40,729 nt of DNA from assembly GCF_006345805.1 (NCBI RefSeq), contig NW_021835330.1, positions 1 to 40,729 on the forward strand. The letters run 5' to 3'. The DNA comes from Octopus sinensis (lineage: Eukaryota). Position numbers and translations under genes: made by a program. Every line of letters starts with the position of its first letter. The first letter of the stretch is position 1. The notes beneath the pieces are model-generated. The model made no database searches, was not told the origin of the DNA, and worked only from the letters and a program-made list of their open reading frames with translations. Positions 22,720 through 34,033 of this stretch are shown here, in pieces.

Positions 22720-23110
22720 TTTCACTCCTTCAAACACACACACATAGACACACACACACTCTCTCTCTATTTCTCTTTCTCCCTCTCTCTCCTTCTCTCT
22801 CTCTCTCCTTCTCTCTCTCCCTCTCTCTCTTTCTCTCTCGCTCACTAACTCACTCACGTACACGCACACACACACTCTATCTCTTTCTCTCTCTCCCTCT
22901 CCCTCTCTCCCTTTCTCTCTTTCTCTCTCTCATCCTCTCTCATCCCCTCTCTCTTTCTCTCATTCCCTCTCTCTCTCTTTCTCTCATTCCCTCTCTCTCC
23001 CTCTCTCTCACTCACTAACTCACTCACGTAAACACACACATACACACGTACATACATACACGCACTCACACATACACGCACACATAAAGCCCCCCCACAC
23101 ACACACACAC
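22720..23110. repeat. Complex (CT)n/(CA)n tract
   Basis: Directly visible; CTCACTAACTCACTCACGTA occurs twice. Confidence 0.9.
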
Positions 23111-23239
23111 ACGCTCACGTAACCGCAACATGCGCTCAAACATACTCTTATGATAAAAATTAGCGATGCAAATCGGTGATAATAATGCAGAACAACAATT
23201 TAGTTGATTAATTTAAAATCAATTAATTTGATGTCTATC

Positions 23240-23960
23240 ATTTGCATTACATACATACACACACACACACATGCATACACACGTACATACATACACACAT
23301 ACATACATACACACATACATACATACATACATACATACATACATACATACATACATACATACATACATACATGCATACATACATGCATAAATACATACAT
23401 AAATACTTACATACATACATAAATGCATACATACATACATACATACATACACACACACATACATACATACATACATACATACATAAATACTTACATACAT
23501 ACATAAATGCATACATACATACATACATACATACACACACACATACACACACACACATACATACATACATACATACATACATACATAAATACATACATAC
23601 ATACATACATACATACATGCATGCATACATACATACATACATACATACACACACACATACACACACACACACATACATACATACATACATACATACATAC
23701 ATACATACATAAATACATACATACATACATACATACATAAATACATACATACATAATACATACATGCATGCATACATACATACATACATACATATATACA
23801 TACATACGTATGTGTGTATATTGTGATACAGATTCATATGTGTGTGCGTTTGTATGTGTGTGTGTTTATGTATATTGTGATATTCATTCATCTGTGTGTG
23901 TGTGTGTGTGTATGCGTGTGTGTGTATCTGAATCTGTGCAAGGGTTTATCTGTGTGTATA
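23240..23960. repeat. (CATA)n tract followed by (TG)n-rich tract
   Basis: Directly visible. Confidence 0.95.
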
Positions 23961-24319
23961 TGTGGCATATCTTTGCCCTAATGGCAAAGCAATATTTATG
24001 ATTCATTCGTCTAAACTATTAATTCTGCGGAGAAAAATTACAAGCGTGACAGAGCTATTAAAACTGTTAAAACGTGTAAATAAAGTATTATACGAATGGA
24101 TAATTTCATTTTTAAAATCGGCCATATCATTTATTCTTTAATCTATAGATAATTTATCATCTTAATTTGAACAAATTAAATATGAAAGGAGATCTTTCTG
24201 AATTTTATTGAAGTTGTCTCCCAGATAGCCTTTATTTTAAAACAGTAATTTGGTAATTAATCATTTAAGATATTGTGTTACGTTTACGTTTGAGGCGTAT
24301 TTTTCAGTATAATGATAGG

Positions 24320-24585
24320 AATTCAAAATAAAACGGTGATACTGGTGGTAATTGAAGCATTAGGAGCAGTTTCCAAGAGCTTATTGGAAACATATTAAGA
24401 ATATTGGAGCTGCTGTCAGGTTCGAGGTGATCCAGAAGACAGCATTGTTGGATACAGCTCGCATTCTAAGGAGAATGTTGTCTCTTTGAGTCACAGGAGG
24501 AGGCACTGCTTGAAACCTTTGGTGATTTGCCTACTTTCAAGTAAAGAACAGCAAATAATTAAGAACTATCCGAGAGTCTTTCAGA
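24320..24585 (+). pseudogene. R4/Dong-type LINE 3' fragment, old
   Basis: VILVVIEALGAVSK and frameshifted VIQKTALLDTARILRR, ending at (AAT)n. Confidence 0.7.
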
Positions 24586-24633
24586 ATAATAATAATGATG
24601 ATGATGATGATAATAATAATAATAATAATAATA

Positions 24634-24678
<45 letters not shown>

Positions 24679-24799
24679 TAACAACAACAGAAAAATGCGA
24701 AAACTGTTGACAATGCATAGAATGCACCAATCAAAATAAGATGATTAAAATCAAAATAAGCAACAAGGATATCCAGAGATAATGCAGTACGATCTGCCA

Positions 24800-25192
24800 A
24801 GAAAAGAGGGAGGCCGTGGACTCTTACAACTGGCATTAACAATGAAGATATGCCATAATTGGCCCAGACACCTACCTGAAAAACTCTGAGGATTGGATGT
24901 TAAAACTTGTCTCAAAACACGAAAACATGCTCAGTAACAAAACAGGCAAAGGAATATCTAAGTGAATTCCAGATACAACAAATTCCGGAATTAGACATAC
25001 TAGAAACAAGCGCAGAAAAAGCTAAGTGCATGAAAACCCGTGCTAAAACTGCTGCCATAGCAAGGAAAACCTCTCAATGGCAAATACCCAAAGAAAGCGA
25101 ATAATGCCGATGTTGACAAAGCCCTTGTCCATCAATGGTTAATGGTTTCTGGCTTAAAATCTGAAACAGAAGGGTTTATCATAGCAGCCCAA
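24800..25192 (+). pseudogene. R4/Dong-type LINE fragment (post-RT region)
   Basis: SVTKQAKEYLSEFQIQQIPELD...HQWLMVSGLKSETEGFIIAAQ. Confidence 0.8.
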
Positions 25193-25340
25193 GTCATTGC
25201 GAACCTAACAATGGGCTACCTGGAAATAATAATATATTATGAATTTTTATCTACCTTTGGAAATCTCCTTTCCCAATGCATAAAAGAAAATTGGAAAAGA
25301 TTCCTAGACGACTGTTTTATACTCTGATAAACACAGATAA
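25193..25340 (+). pseudogene. Penelope-like reverse transcriptase fragment
   Basis: ANLTMGYLE...ENWKRFLDDCFIL contains the PLE-type (Y/F)xDD motif. Confidence 0.75.
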
Positions 25341-25559
25341 GCTCCTGAAATTCGAAAGACTATTCCCATAGTTAGCATTTCCCATGCTTACAGACTTATT
25401 TCGGGCACCATAAGGCTTTGTAGCACTTAAATTCGCTTCGGTTCTATTCGGCAATGTTATAAAATCGTAATTCGTTCCCACAAAAGTATTTACCTACAAA
25501 ATCTATAATACTCGTAAATAAATTGTAATAAAACAACAGTAGAATGTAAAGAATATTCT

Positions 25560-26423
25560 ATGTAAAGTAAAAATAATGTCAAGATCGTTTATAATTTTTA
25601 AAAATATTACTATTATTATCGTTTTCTAAATCACTTTCACTCGCACTAGACTCGCGCACACCATCACTTGTAGATGCGATCGCCGATTCACAAGCACTCG
25701 TAAACGGATTTGCAGATTTCTTTTTAAAAAAAAACACGTCTAGAATTATTTGCTTAGAAGAAGCTTTTTTTTTTTTTCGCTCTCTATAAATTTCTCGGTA
25801 ACTCGCAGAAACATCTGTTATGGTAGTAGAAACTTTTGCTCTTCGTTCAAAATTTAGATCTTGTGCTTGAAAAATATCCAAGGCTTTATTACTATGATGA
25901 AACGCCATCCATGTCAATTTTTAAATCGATCAAACCAACCTCTGCTTGCAACAAAACTTTCGTCTATGTCACCTTTCATTTCTTTTAGCATACTAAAAGG
26001 AGACAATGCTTTGCTGCAAATCGAGGCTTGATTAACTTTCGTATGCATGTGTTGTGTTTTATCACTTACCCAAATTCTAAAATTTGTCTTCATTTCCGAA
26101 ATAATGCTTCTAGCATCTCTTCTTTGAGCCCAGGTTGATTGCAGAGGCCGCACATTTCTTGCTTCAGATAAATATTTTTGTTTTTCTTTGAGAATTGCGC
26201 CGACGTTTAACGAGTTCTTTTTTTATATTTCAGTCATTTGACTGCGGCCATGCTGGATCACCGCCTTTAGTCGAGTAAATCGACCCCAGGATTTATTCTT
26301 TGTAAACCTAGTACTTATTCTATCGGTCTCTCTTGCCGAACCGCTAAGTTACCGGGACGTAAACACACCAGCATCGGTTGTCAAGAGATATTGGCGGGGG
26401 GGGGGACAAACACAAACGCACAA

Positions 26424-26488
<65 letters not shown>

Positions 26489-26790
26489 GGACGGGCTTCT
26501 TTCAGTTTCCGTCTACCAAATCCACTCACAAGGCTTTGGTCGGCCCGAGGCTATAGCAGAAGACATTTGTCCAAGGTGCCACGCAGAACCACGTAGGTGG
26601 GATGCAAGCTACTTACCACACAGCCACTCCTGCGCCTATCGTTAATTGAAAATTTGTCACAAATGTTTTTCACAGTTGTGCCATCAACGTGCGTTTTTAC
26701 AATTTCATATAGGATTTTAAAAAAAGCCGGAAATAATCGTGTAAGTACATAGGTACAATATAAAATACGTAGCACTAAGAAGTAGCTTAT
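25560..26790 (-). pseudogene. Tigger/pogo transposase remnant, DDE domain deleted, split by SINE-B
   Basis: GTTVKNICDKFSIN | AILKEKQKY...SFVASRGWFDRFKN (CENP-B-type HTH) joined to ALDIFQAQDLNFER...YREIYRERKK (C-terminus). Confidence 0.8.
26220..26637 (-). mobile_element. SINE family B, full length
   Basis: Head AGGCGCAGGAGTGGCTGTGTGGTAAG, CORE-like CACCTTGGACAAATGTCTTCTGCTATAGCC, internal TA/TG tract. Confidence 0.92.
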
Positions 26791-27171
26791 AATAATCTCT
26801 CTCTACAAAGCGTAGGCGCAAACTTAGACATTGAAATTTTATGCCGCCATCTTACTCCGTCGCTATATGCAGCTGTGTAGATTGCGTTAGAACCAGAGTT
26901 ACCTCATGTTGCGACGTTGCCACACACAAAATGGCTGTTTAACTATTTTATATGTATTATAAAATAAAACTCGTAAATCCGGGTCTCGCAAGCGGTTCCT
27001 CGTGTGCATGTATATATATGTTTTTCCGTTTTCGTTTCTCGTTGAGTTCTACGTCTACTTGTGGTGTCCTGTACTCGCGTATATATATTTATATATGTAT
27101 GTATGTATATATACATGTAGATGTAGGTACGTACATATATGTATGTGAGTATGCATATATTTTATTTATTA

Positions 27172-27206
<35 letters not shown>

Positions 27207-27208
<2 letters not shown>

Positions 27209-27317
27209 CCTGCTCGCTTAGCCAGTGGGGTGGCGTCATTTGAAGGCTAAAACAATGCTGAGTGCATTGTGACCAGTGATGTGTAGCAACATCTAATAGC
27301 CTGGTCAGTCACGTGAT

Positions 27318-27324
<7 letters not shown>
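27207..27324 (+). mobile_element. ~118-bp multi-hairpin element inside (TA)n, copy 1
   Basis: Same boundaries as 34811-34930; 10 substitutions and 2 single-base indels between the copies. Confidence 0.8.
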
Positions 27325-27360
<36 letters not shown>

Positions 27361-27454
27361 TATATATATATATATGCATGTATGATGTATGTATGTATGT
27401 ATGTATGTAGTATGTATGTATGTATGTATGTATGTATGTATGTATGTATGTATA

Positions 27455-28273
27455 CTAGCAGAGATACCTGCCGTTGCTCGGGATTAAAATGGCATAGTTT
27501 GTTTATAATATATTACAGTTATGTTGAAACAGGTGATATGGGAAAGTGCGTGGGTTGTCAAAACTTTTGTAGAGTAAATTATGGGCTAATTCGACTCAGC
27601 AACCTGCTATGCGTCTGTTTGGAGTATATCAGACCCTAACCTGTCATGGAAAATTGGGGGTGGGGATTATGTGCTTTTGAACGCACCGAAAAGCTGTCAG
27701 TGGATATACTCTCTTTTGCAGCAGTCGGCGCTGTGTCTAACACGACCCATCATCTGAAATTTTGACACCTCTTTCGGGTTTGTTGTCCTACATCACTCAT
27801 AAAGTCAATTTGGAGGAACTGTGGTTGTTCATTTGTGGGTAACAGGGAACCAATGAGGTGATAGCCTTACCCTTGAATTTTGACGTCGGCGTAAATTCAT
27901 GTTTAGCTATCTTCTTAGATGCAATAAACGATGTCATTTGAAATGCAGAGTTGTGTTGTCTGATATTGTTCGGAAACCCCTTTGACTGAAGATCCATAAG
28001 AGGTTGAGAAAGAGAGAAAGAGTGAGTGAAGGTGAGTGTCGTGATGATTGATGTCTTTTAAGGTACACACACACATATAGAAAATGTGACGTCATCGTCG
28101 TCATCGTATAAAATGTTTACGATAGTTGATTTATGGAAAAGATTATAATGTTAAACTTTTTGAAATGCAAATATGTGAATGGAAATTAAGTTCAATTTGT
28201 AGCGGAATTAGAGCTGAATCTTTTGATACCCCATACATCAAAATCGATAACTCGGTTTTGGAATGCATAAGGA

Positions 28274-28300
<27 letters not shown>
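27455..28300 (-). mobile_element. Internally deleted Helitron with RepHel fragment
   Basis: 3' hairpin plus CTAG at 27455-27482; NNIRQHNSAFQMTSF and frameshifted YHLIGSLLPTNEQPQFLQI match the RepHel N-terminal region. The 5' limit is approximate. Confidence 0.75.
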
Positions 28301-28311
<11 letters not shown>

Positions 28312-28336
28312 AGAGAGAGAGAGAGAGACCACTATC

Positions 28337-28418
28337 ACACATAGATGCCTCACGCTAGGAGATACGCTTAAAGTCAAAACTATACATAGATGCCTCCTAG
28401 CGTGAGGCATCTATGTGT
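28337..28418. repeat. 25-bp perfect inverted repeat with internal palindrome
   Basis: ACACATAGATGCCTCACGCTAGGAG (28337-28361) / CTCCTAGCGTGAGGCATCTATGTGT (28394-28418). Confidence 0.9.
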
Positions 28419-28956
28419 AAGAGTGTCCTCTATATAATATAAATAAATAAATTTAAAGAAAAAATTGATGGGTTTTTTTCTCTTATGAGGTTTTTCACGC
28501 TAACTACTTGATAAATTCTTTATATATATATATAGGACAGACTTCTTTCAGACTGAAAGTATTATCTCATTACAATAGAGACGTAATACTGAAAGATAAA
28601 AGATTGCTCTGGGCTCGCATTAGGCAAGAAGTCGGCCCATTATACTGCATGGACCTTTGCTTTTGTATTTGACGACTGTTGGTTTAAGTATTTTATTTCG
28701 ATTTTCATTGACGTAGTGGAAAGAACAACGGGGTACGTAATAGAAGTTTCGAATAAAAATAATAATGGGAGTTTTAATCATCCGATGGACAGGCAAACAT
28801 TACAAAAATAATGATTCAAACTTTGAAACTGACAATTCTGAAAATCTTTTTAGATTACGAAATGCCTTGCTCTCTCATGTACCAATGTTTAAAATATCAG
28901 CGCGATCGGATGAACAATACTCGAGTTATAAGCGCACAAAAACAGACAGAACGGGA

Positions 28957-29343
28957 TCAATATATATATATTTGTGTGTCTCCTACGATTTAGATTCCTA
29001 ACTACTCCCACATTTTGCGATGCAGTTTAACCAAAACCGGGTATCTTATAGTCGTGATTCATATCAAGCCCTTCTGGGTATTAGCGCGCGTCTACGATGA
29101 GTCTACGATTTAAAAAATAATTTACCATCATTTTTTCCATTTTAATGGGGGTTTTTTGCTGTTATATAAGGGAAGTAACTCTCTAAAAATGTCTACGATG
29201 AGTCAACGATTTAAAAAAAATTACCGTCATTTTTTTTCCATTTTTGATGCATTTTTTTGCTATTTTTGGGCTATAACTCTCTAAAAATGCTTATATAGTT
29301 ATTTTCCTTACAAATCCGAGCAACGCCGGGCGGATACTGCTAG
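28957..29343 (+). mobile_element. Non-autonomous Helitron
   Basis: Possible 5' A|TC at 28956-28958; 3' CCGAGCAACGCCGGG hairpin plus CTAG|T; internal ~100-bp tandem duplication. Confidence 0.7.
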
Positions 29344-29458
29344 TAATATATATATATATATATATATAAAATTTAGATTCAGATGAATATGGTACTTTCG
29401 TTGAGGCACCAGAATTTAGTATGGCATTATCCATACAATTTCAAAATAAGGTGATTAA

Positions 29459-29571
29459 AATCAAAATAAGCGACAAGGATATCCAGAGGTAATGCAGTAC
29501 GATCGTTTCATGCGACTCTATGCGACAAGAAGTCGCATTACCTCTGAATATCCTTTTTGCTTATTTTGATT
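29459..29571. mobile_element. Short MITE-like inverted repeat
   Basis: AATCAAAATAAGC...CAGAGGTAATGC / GCATTACCTCTG...GCTTATTTTGATT; the left arm recurs at about 24730-24793. Confidence 0.75.
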
Positions 29572-29629
29572 ATATATATATATATATATATATATAGTAA
29601 GACCCCGATGATTAATTTAAATACCTATA

Positions 29630-29686
29630 TATTGCTGTTGAATGGATTTGGTGGACGGAAACTCAAAGGAGCCCGTCGTATATATG

Positions 29687-29737
<51 letters not shown>

Positions 29738-29972
29738 TGTGTGTGTGTGTGTGTGCGTGTGTGTGTGTATTTGTGTGTCTGTGTTTGTCCCCCCAACATC
29801 GCTTGACGACCGATGCTGGTGTGTTTACATCCCCGTAACTTAGCGGTTCGGCAAAAGAGACCGATAAAATAAGCACTAGGCTTACAAAGAATAAGTCCTG
29901 GAGTCGATTTGCTCGACTAAAAGCGGTGATCCAGCATGGCTACAGTCAAATGACAGAAACAAGCAAAAGAGT
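29630..29972 (+). mobile_element. SINE family B, 5'-truncated
   Basis: Matches the 3' two-thirds of family B. Confidence 0.88.
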
Positions 29973-30356
29973 GTACTTCTATTATATCAAGCAGTTCTGT
30001 CAGCTTTATTGTGAACTTTGTTACTACTGATAATACTGACCCGTCCACCTTTACGTAGGTTCCCCGATTCTCACTAACTTTTAAAGAATTCTTCTTTGCA
30101 TCTCCACGCACTTTTGAAACATATTGCAGTATAAATGTCGAAGTGTTTCTATCTTTAAAGATAAGTTTAATAATCCGATAAATTTTAATCTTATTAAAAT
30201 AACTAATCTCAGACATTTAGACAAATTTGAGATAGTACTGAGATTAAATGTTAGGATAAGATGGTGAGGACAGAGAGAGAGAAAGGGATTGGTTGTGTTA
30301 CGTTTGTTTACATGCCTACGTAGGAACAAATCACTCAAATTATTTTTATTCCTATA

Positions 30357-31049
30357 CTAAGTCTGATCAATAAGTATCCGGACTAGTTCTATAGAAGCAA
30401 AACTACAGCACGTACCAGTTTGGCATTTAATCTCCTTCAAAGTAGTCCCCATTGATAGAAGCATTCATGGGGCTAATCAGCAGATGCCTCGTCGCATTCA
30501 CTTTGATTTCCTCGGCGTCCTGAAATCTTCTTCCTTTCAAGCGAGATTTGATTTTTGGAAAGAGGAAAAAAAATCGGAAGGGGCGAGATTTGGGGAATAC
30601 GGTGGCTGTCGGACCTGAGAAATGCTGTGCTTAGCCAAACGGACAGGTACATTATCAGCTAAAAGCAGTTTTGGCACAAACTTGGCACTCACGCGTCTCA
30701 TACCCAAATCTTTAGTGATAATGGCTTTAACCTTGACTAATCTGTACATCCTCTAATAACCCACGGGTAGTGATTCGGCGATTTCCCCTCACAGATGCAC
30801 GCACATGTTTTTCTCAGTTCTGTTGGTTGTGGGTCTCTCAGAACGTTCGTCACTATCGACATTTTGTCGGCTCATGCACTCCGTTCTATACACCTTCTGC
30901 AACTTTGCGTAAGGCCTCTGAGCAGGTAACGCCAAGTTTTTCATGCAGGTTCTTGGTCAATGCGACGATCACACGCTATAGCTTTAGCTTTAGTTTCTGT
31001 ACTATAGCAACAATCCGGATACTTATGGATACTTATTGATCAGAATTCG
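30357..31049 (-). mobile_element. Internally deleted mariner element with TIRs and TA target duplication
   Basis: TIR core TCTGATCAATAAGTATCC at both ends, TA flanks at 30355-56 and 31050-51; LGMRRVSAKFVPKLL joined to PPYSPNLAPSDF. Confidence 0.88.
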
Positions 31050-31077
31050 TATGTGTATATACAAATATATATATATA

Positions 31078-31120
<43 letters not shown>

Positions 31121-31122
31121 TA

Positions 31123-31176
<54 letters not shown>

Positions 31177-31409
31177 GTCAAACATCTTTTCGTCCACGTG
31201 TTTTGGTCCGACGTCTTTTTGCCCGATGATATTTTTGTCCTACGATTTTTGTCCAGTCTTAAATAAACTCTTTAGAAAACAAGGTTAAATATCTCTAATG
31301 ATATATTCACAGAACTATAACGAGCCTCGTTACATGATTGTTATTATCGTTCTTTTTCCTTCTCTGTTAACAGTTTTACTTTCTCTTTTCCCTTCTCTCT
31401 CTCTTAAGT

Positions 31410-32068
31410 ATGATACTGTGTATAGAGAATGCTGCAAATTTAGTGTACATGTTTTTAATTTACCCATCCAGAAATAACAAAGTTCATAGTATCGACCAAA
31501 AGGAAAAAAGAAAAGTAGTTTATAAAAGTAATTACATCTACGATTTTCATTCAAGCAATACGAAACTAGGAAAAGAATGCTTGAGATGTGAGAAAAGAAA
31601 GCTGTGTTCAGTGCGAATTCACACGAAAACGGAAAACAATGAACCGAAAATTATCTATTTTTCTAGTGAACACCTTCATCCAGCTGACGTAGATTCGTTA
31701 AATGCTAGAAAAGCAGTTGCAGAAATTAAACATGAAGCGGTGGAAAATATAGCAGTAAGTTCGCGTAGCATAATAGCAGCTCAGTTTATGCAGCTAACAG
31801 AAAATATTAGGTTGTCCCAAAAGTTCGTAAACACTTGCGAAAATTGAATTTTTACGCGCCAAGTACTAACAAAAACAACAAAAATTATTCCTCAAAATAA
31901 AGACCATTATTTTCCAAGACTTTCTACGAACTTTTGGGACAACCTTATACTTGCTCTCAACTTTTTTCGTTTACCTTTACTTTCAAGGACCATTCAAGGT
32001 GCCGACAAAAAAAAAATTAGATTTCCAGCTAATCCAGGGGCTAGAACTGGTTTTGAAATACCTGAAGA
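31410..32068 (+). pseudogene. FLYWCH zinc-finger (MULE-type) transposase N-terminal fragment
   Basis: NYIYDFHSSN...CLRCEKRKLCSVRIHT...SEHLHP; the frame resumes after the MITE as FPANPGARTGFEIPEE and is then cut by a SINE. Confidence 0.7.
31807..31947. mobile_element. 141-bp mariner-type MITE
   Basis: TIRs TTAGGTTGTCCCAAAAGTTCGTA / TACGAACTTTTGGGACAACCTTA with TA flanks. Confidence 0.9.
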
Positions 32069-32395
32069 GGTCGACTTTGCCTTTCATCCTTTCGGGTCGA
32101 TAAATTAAGTACCAGTTACGCACTGGGGTTGATGTAATCGACTTAATCCGTTTGACTGTCCTTGTTTGTCCTCTCTGTGTTGAGCGCCTTGTGGGTAGTA
32201 AAGAAATAGGTATTTCGTCTGCCGTTACGTTGTTAGTTCAAATTCCACCGAGGTCGACTTTGCCTTTCATCCTCTCGGGGTCGATTGAATAAGTACCAGT
32301 TACACACTGGGGTCGATATAATTGACTTAATCCCTTTGTCTGTCCTTGTTTGTCCCCTCTGTGTGTAGCCCTTGTGGGCAGTAAAGAAATAAGAA
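32066..32395 (+). mobile_element. SINE family A dimer
   Basis: Junction GGTATT at 32209-32214. Confidence 0.9.
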
Positions 32396-32489
32396 TATAT
32401 GATAACTAGGAATGTATGTATGCATGTATGTATGTATGCATGTATGTATGTATGCATGTAAGTATGTATGCATGCATGCATGCGTGTAT

Positions 32490-32810
32490 GTGAAGGTGCG
32501 TAACTTAGTTGTTAGCGAGTTCGTTTCACGATCGCAAGGTCATGAGATTCCTGGCAGCGCGTTGTACTCCTTTCGAAAGACATTTTATTTCACATTGCAC
32601 TAGTCCAATCAGCTGGCAAAATGAGTAGTACCTGCATTTCCCAGGGCTAGCCTTGTCACAATCTGTGTCGTGCCGTTTCGCCCTGATAATTACGTTAAGG
32701 GTACGCGTATCTGTGGAGTGCTCAGCCACTCACGCGTTAATTTCACGCGCAGGTCTTTCCATCGATCGGATCAACTGAAACACTCGTTGCCGTGACCTAC
32801 GAAGTCCCAG
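32490..32810 (+). mobile_element. SINE family C, old copy
   Basis: TACGTTAAGGG...GTGCTCAGCCACT...TTAATTTCACG is shared with the two young copies. Confidence 0.8.
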
Positions 32811-32858
32811 TTATGTATACATGTATGAATGTGTAAGTATCGGTCTAGTTGTGGGATC

Positions 32859-33251
32859 ATGTGGAGGCGCAATGACCCAGTGGTTAGGGCAGCGGACTCG
32901 CGGTCGTAGGATCGCGGTTTCGATTCCCAGACCGGGCGTTGTGAGTGTTTATTGAGCGAAAACACCTAAAGCTCCACGAGGCTCCGGGAGGGATGGTGGT
33001 GATCCCTGCTGTACTCTTTCACCACAACTTTCTCTCACTCTTACTTCCTGTTTCTGTTGTACCTGTATTTCAAGGGGCCGGCCTTGTCACTCTCTGTGTC
33101 ACGCTGAATATCCCCGAGAACTACGTTAAGGGTGCACGTGTCTGTAGAGTGCTCAGCCACTTACACGTTAATTTCACGAGCAGGCTGTTCCGTTGATTCG
33201 GATCAACGGGAACCCTCATCGTCGTAACCGACGGAGTGCTTCCATCCATCC
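32859..33251 (+). mobile_element. SINE family C, young, with 12-bp TSD and (TCCA)n tail
   Basis: tRNA-like head GGCGCAATGACCCAGTGGTTAGG...GGTTTCGATTCCC; TSD AGTTGTGGGATC at 32847-32858 and 33252-33263. Confidence 0.92.
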
Positions 33252-33554
33252 AGTTGTGGGATCTGGAGAAAGGAATGTACTTTGTAGGCTGAAACAACCG
33301 ACATAAATTTTAAACACCATTTGTATTTACTATTTTATAGCAACGCCACTCTAAGCATCCACTGATGAGTCTGATCGACGGTTACAAATTGGATTTCGTA
33401 TTTGCATATCTACGTTACTCAACCAGCAATTGAAGTCTACAAAGGTGCTTAATTTCACCGTGAGTTGTACGTGTTTGTACCTAGCCATTTTCTGGCATCT
33501 TACATGTTGATGTGCCTTGATTCTTAAGGAACCCTTATAACTAATTTATATATA

Positions 33555-33945
33555 CTTTTTATCTTTTTACTTGTTTCAGTCATTTGACTGTGGCCACGTT
33601 GGAGCATCGCCTTGAAAGGTTTTAGCCGAATGAATAGATCTTAGGTGCTTATTCTATCGGTATATTTTGCCGAACCGCTAGTTTACGTGGCGTAAACACA
33701 CCAACATCGACAGTCAAGTGGTGGTGGGAGACAAACACAGACACACAGACATACCTAAACATAGATATATACCTATATACGACGAGCTTCTTTCGGTTTC
33801 CGTCTACCAAGTTAACTTACAAGGCTTTGTTCGGCCCAAGGTTATAGTAGAAGAAGCCTGCACAAAGTGCCACGCTGGTTGGTTGACCCTGGAACCATGT
33901 GATTCAGAAGCAAGCTTCTTATCACATAACCACACTTGCACCCAT
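33555..33945 (-). mobile_element. SINE family B, degraded
   Basis: Matches family B along its length. Confidence 0.85.
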
Positions 33946-33960
33946 ATATATATATAATAT

Positions 33961-34033
<73 letters not shown>

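Noticed and set aside
22720-23110. Long polypyrimidine tract as a regulatory/triplex element
   Set aside because: Ordinary compound CT/CA microsatellite; nothing indicates function.
27207-27260. HDV-like ribozyme fold in the 118-bp element
   Set aside because: GCGGGGT-GG and GCTAA resemble P1/J4-2 parts, but there is no room or pairing for P2, P3 and L3.
32861-32940. tRNA gene (also 36175-36250 and SINE-A/B heads)
   Set aside because: A/B boxes are present but there is no complete cloverleaf, and the sequence continues into a repeated SINE body.
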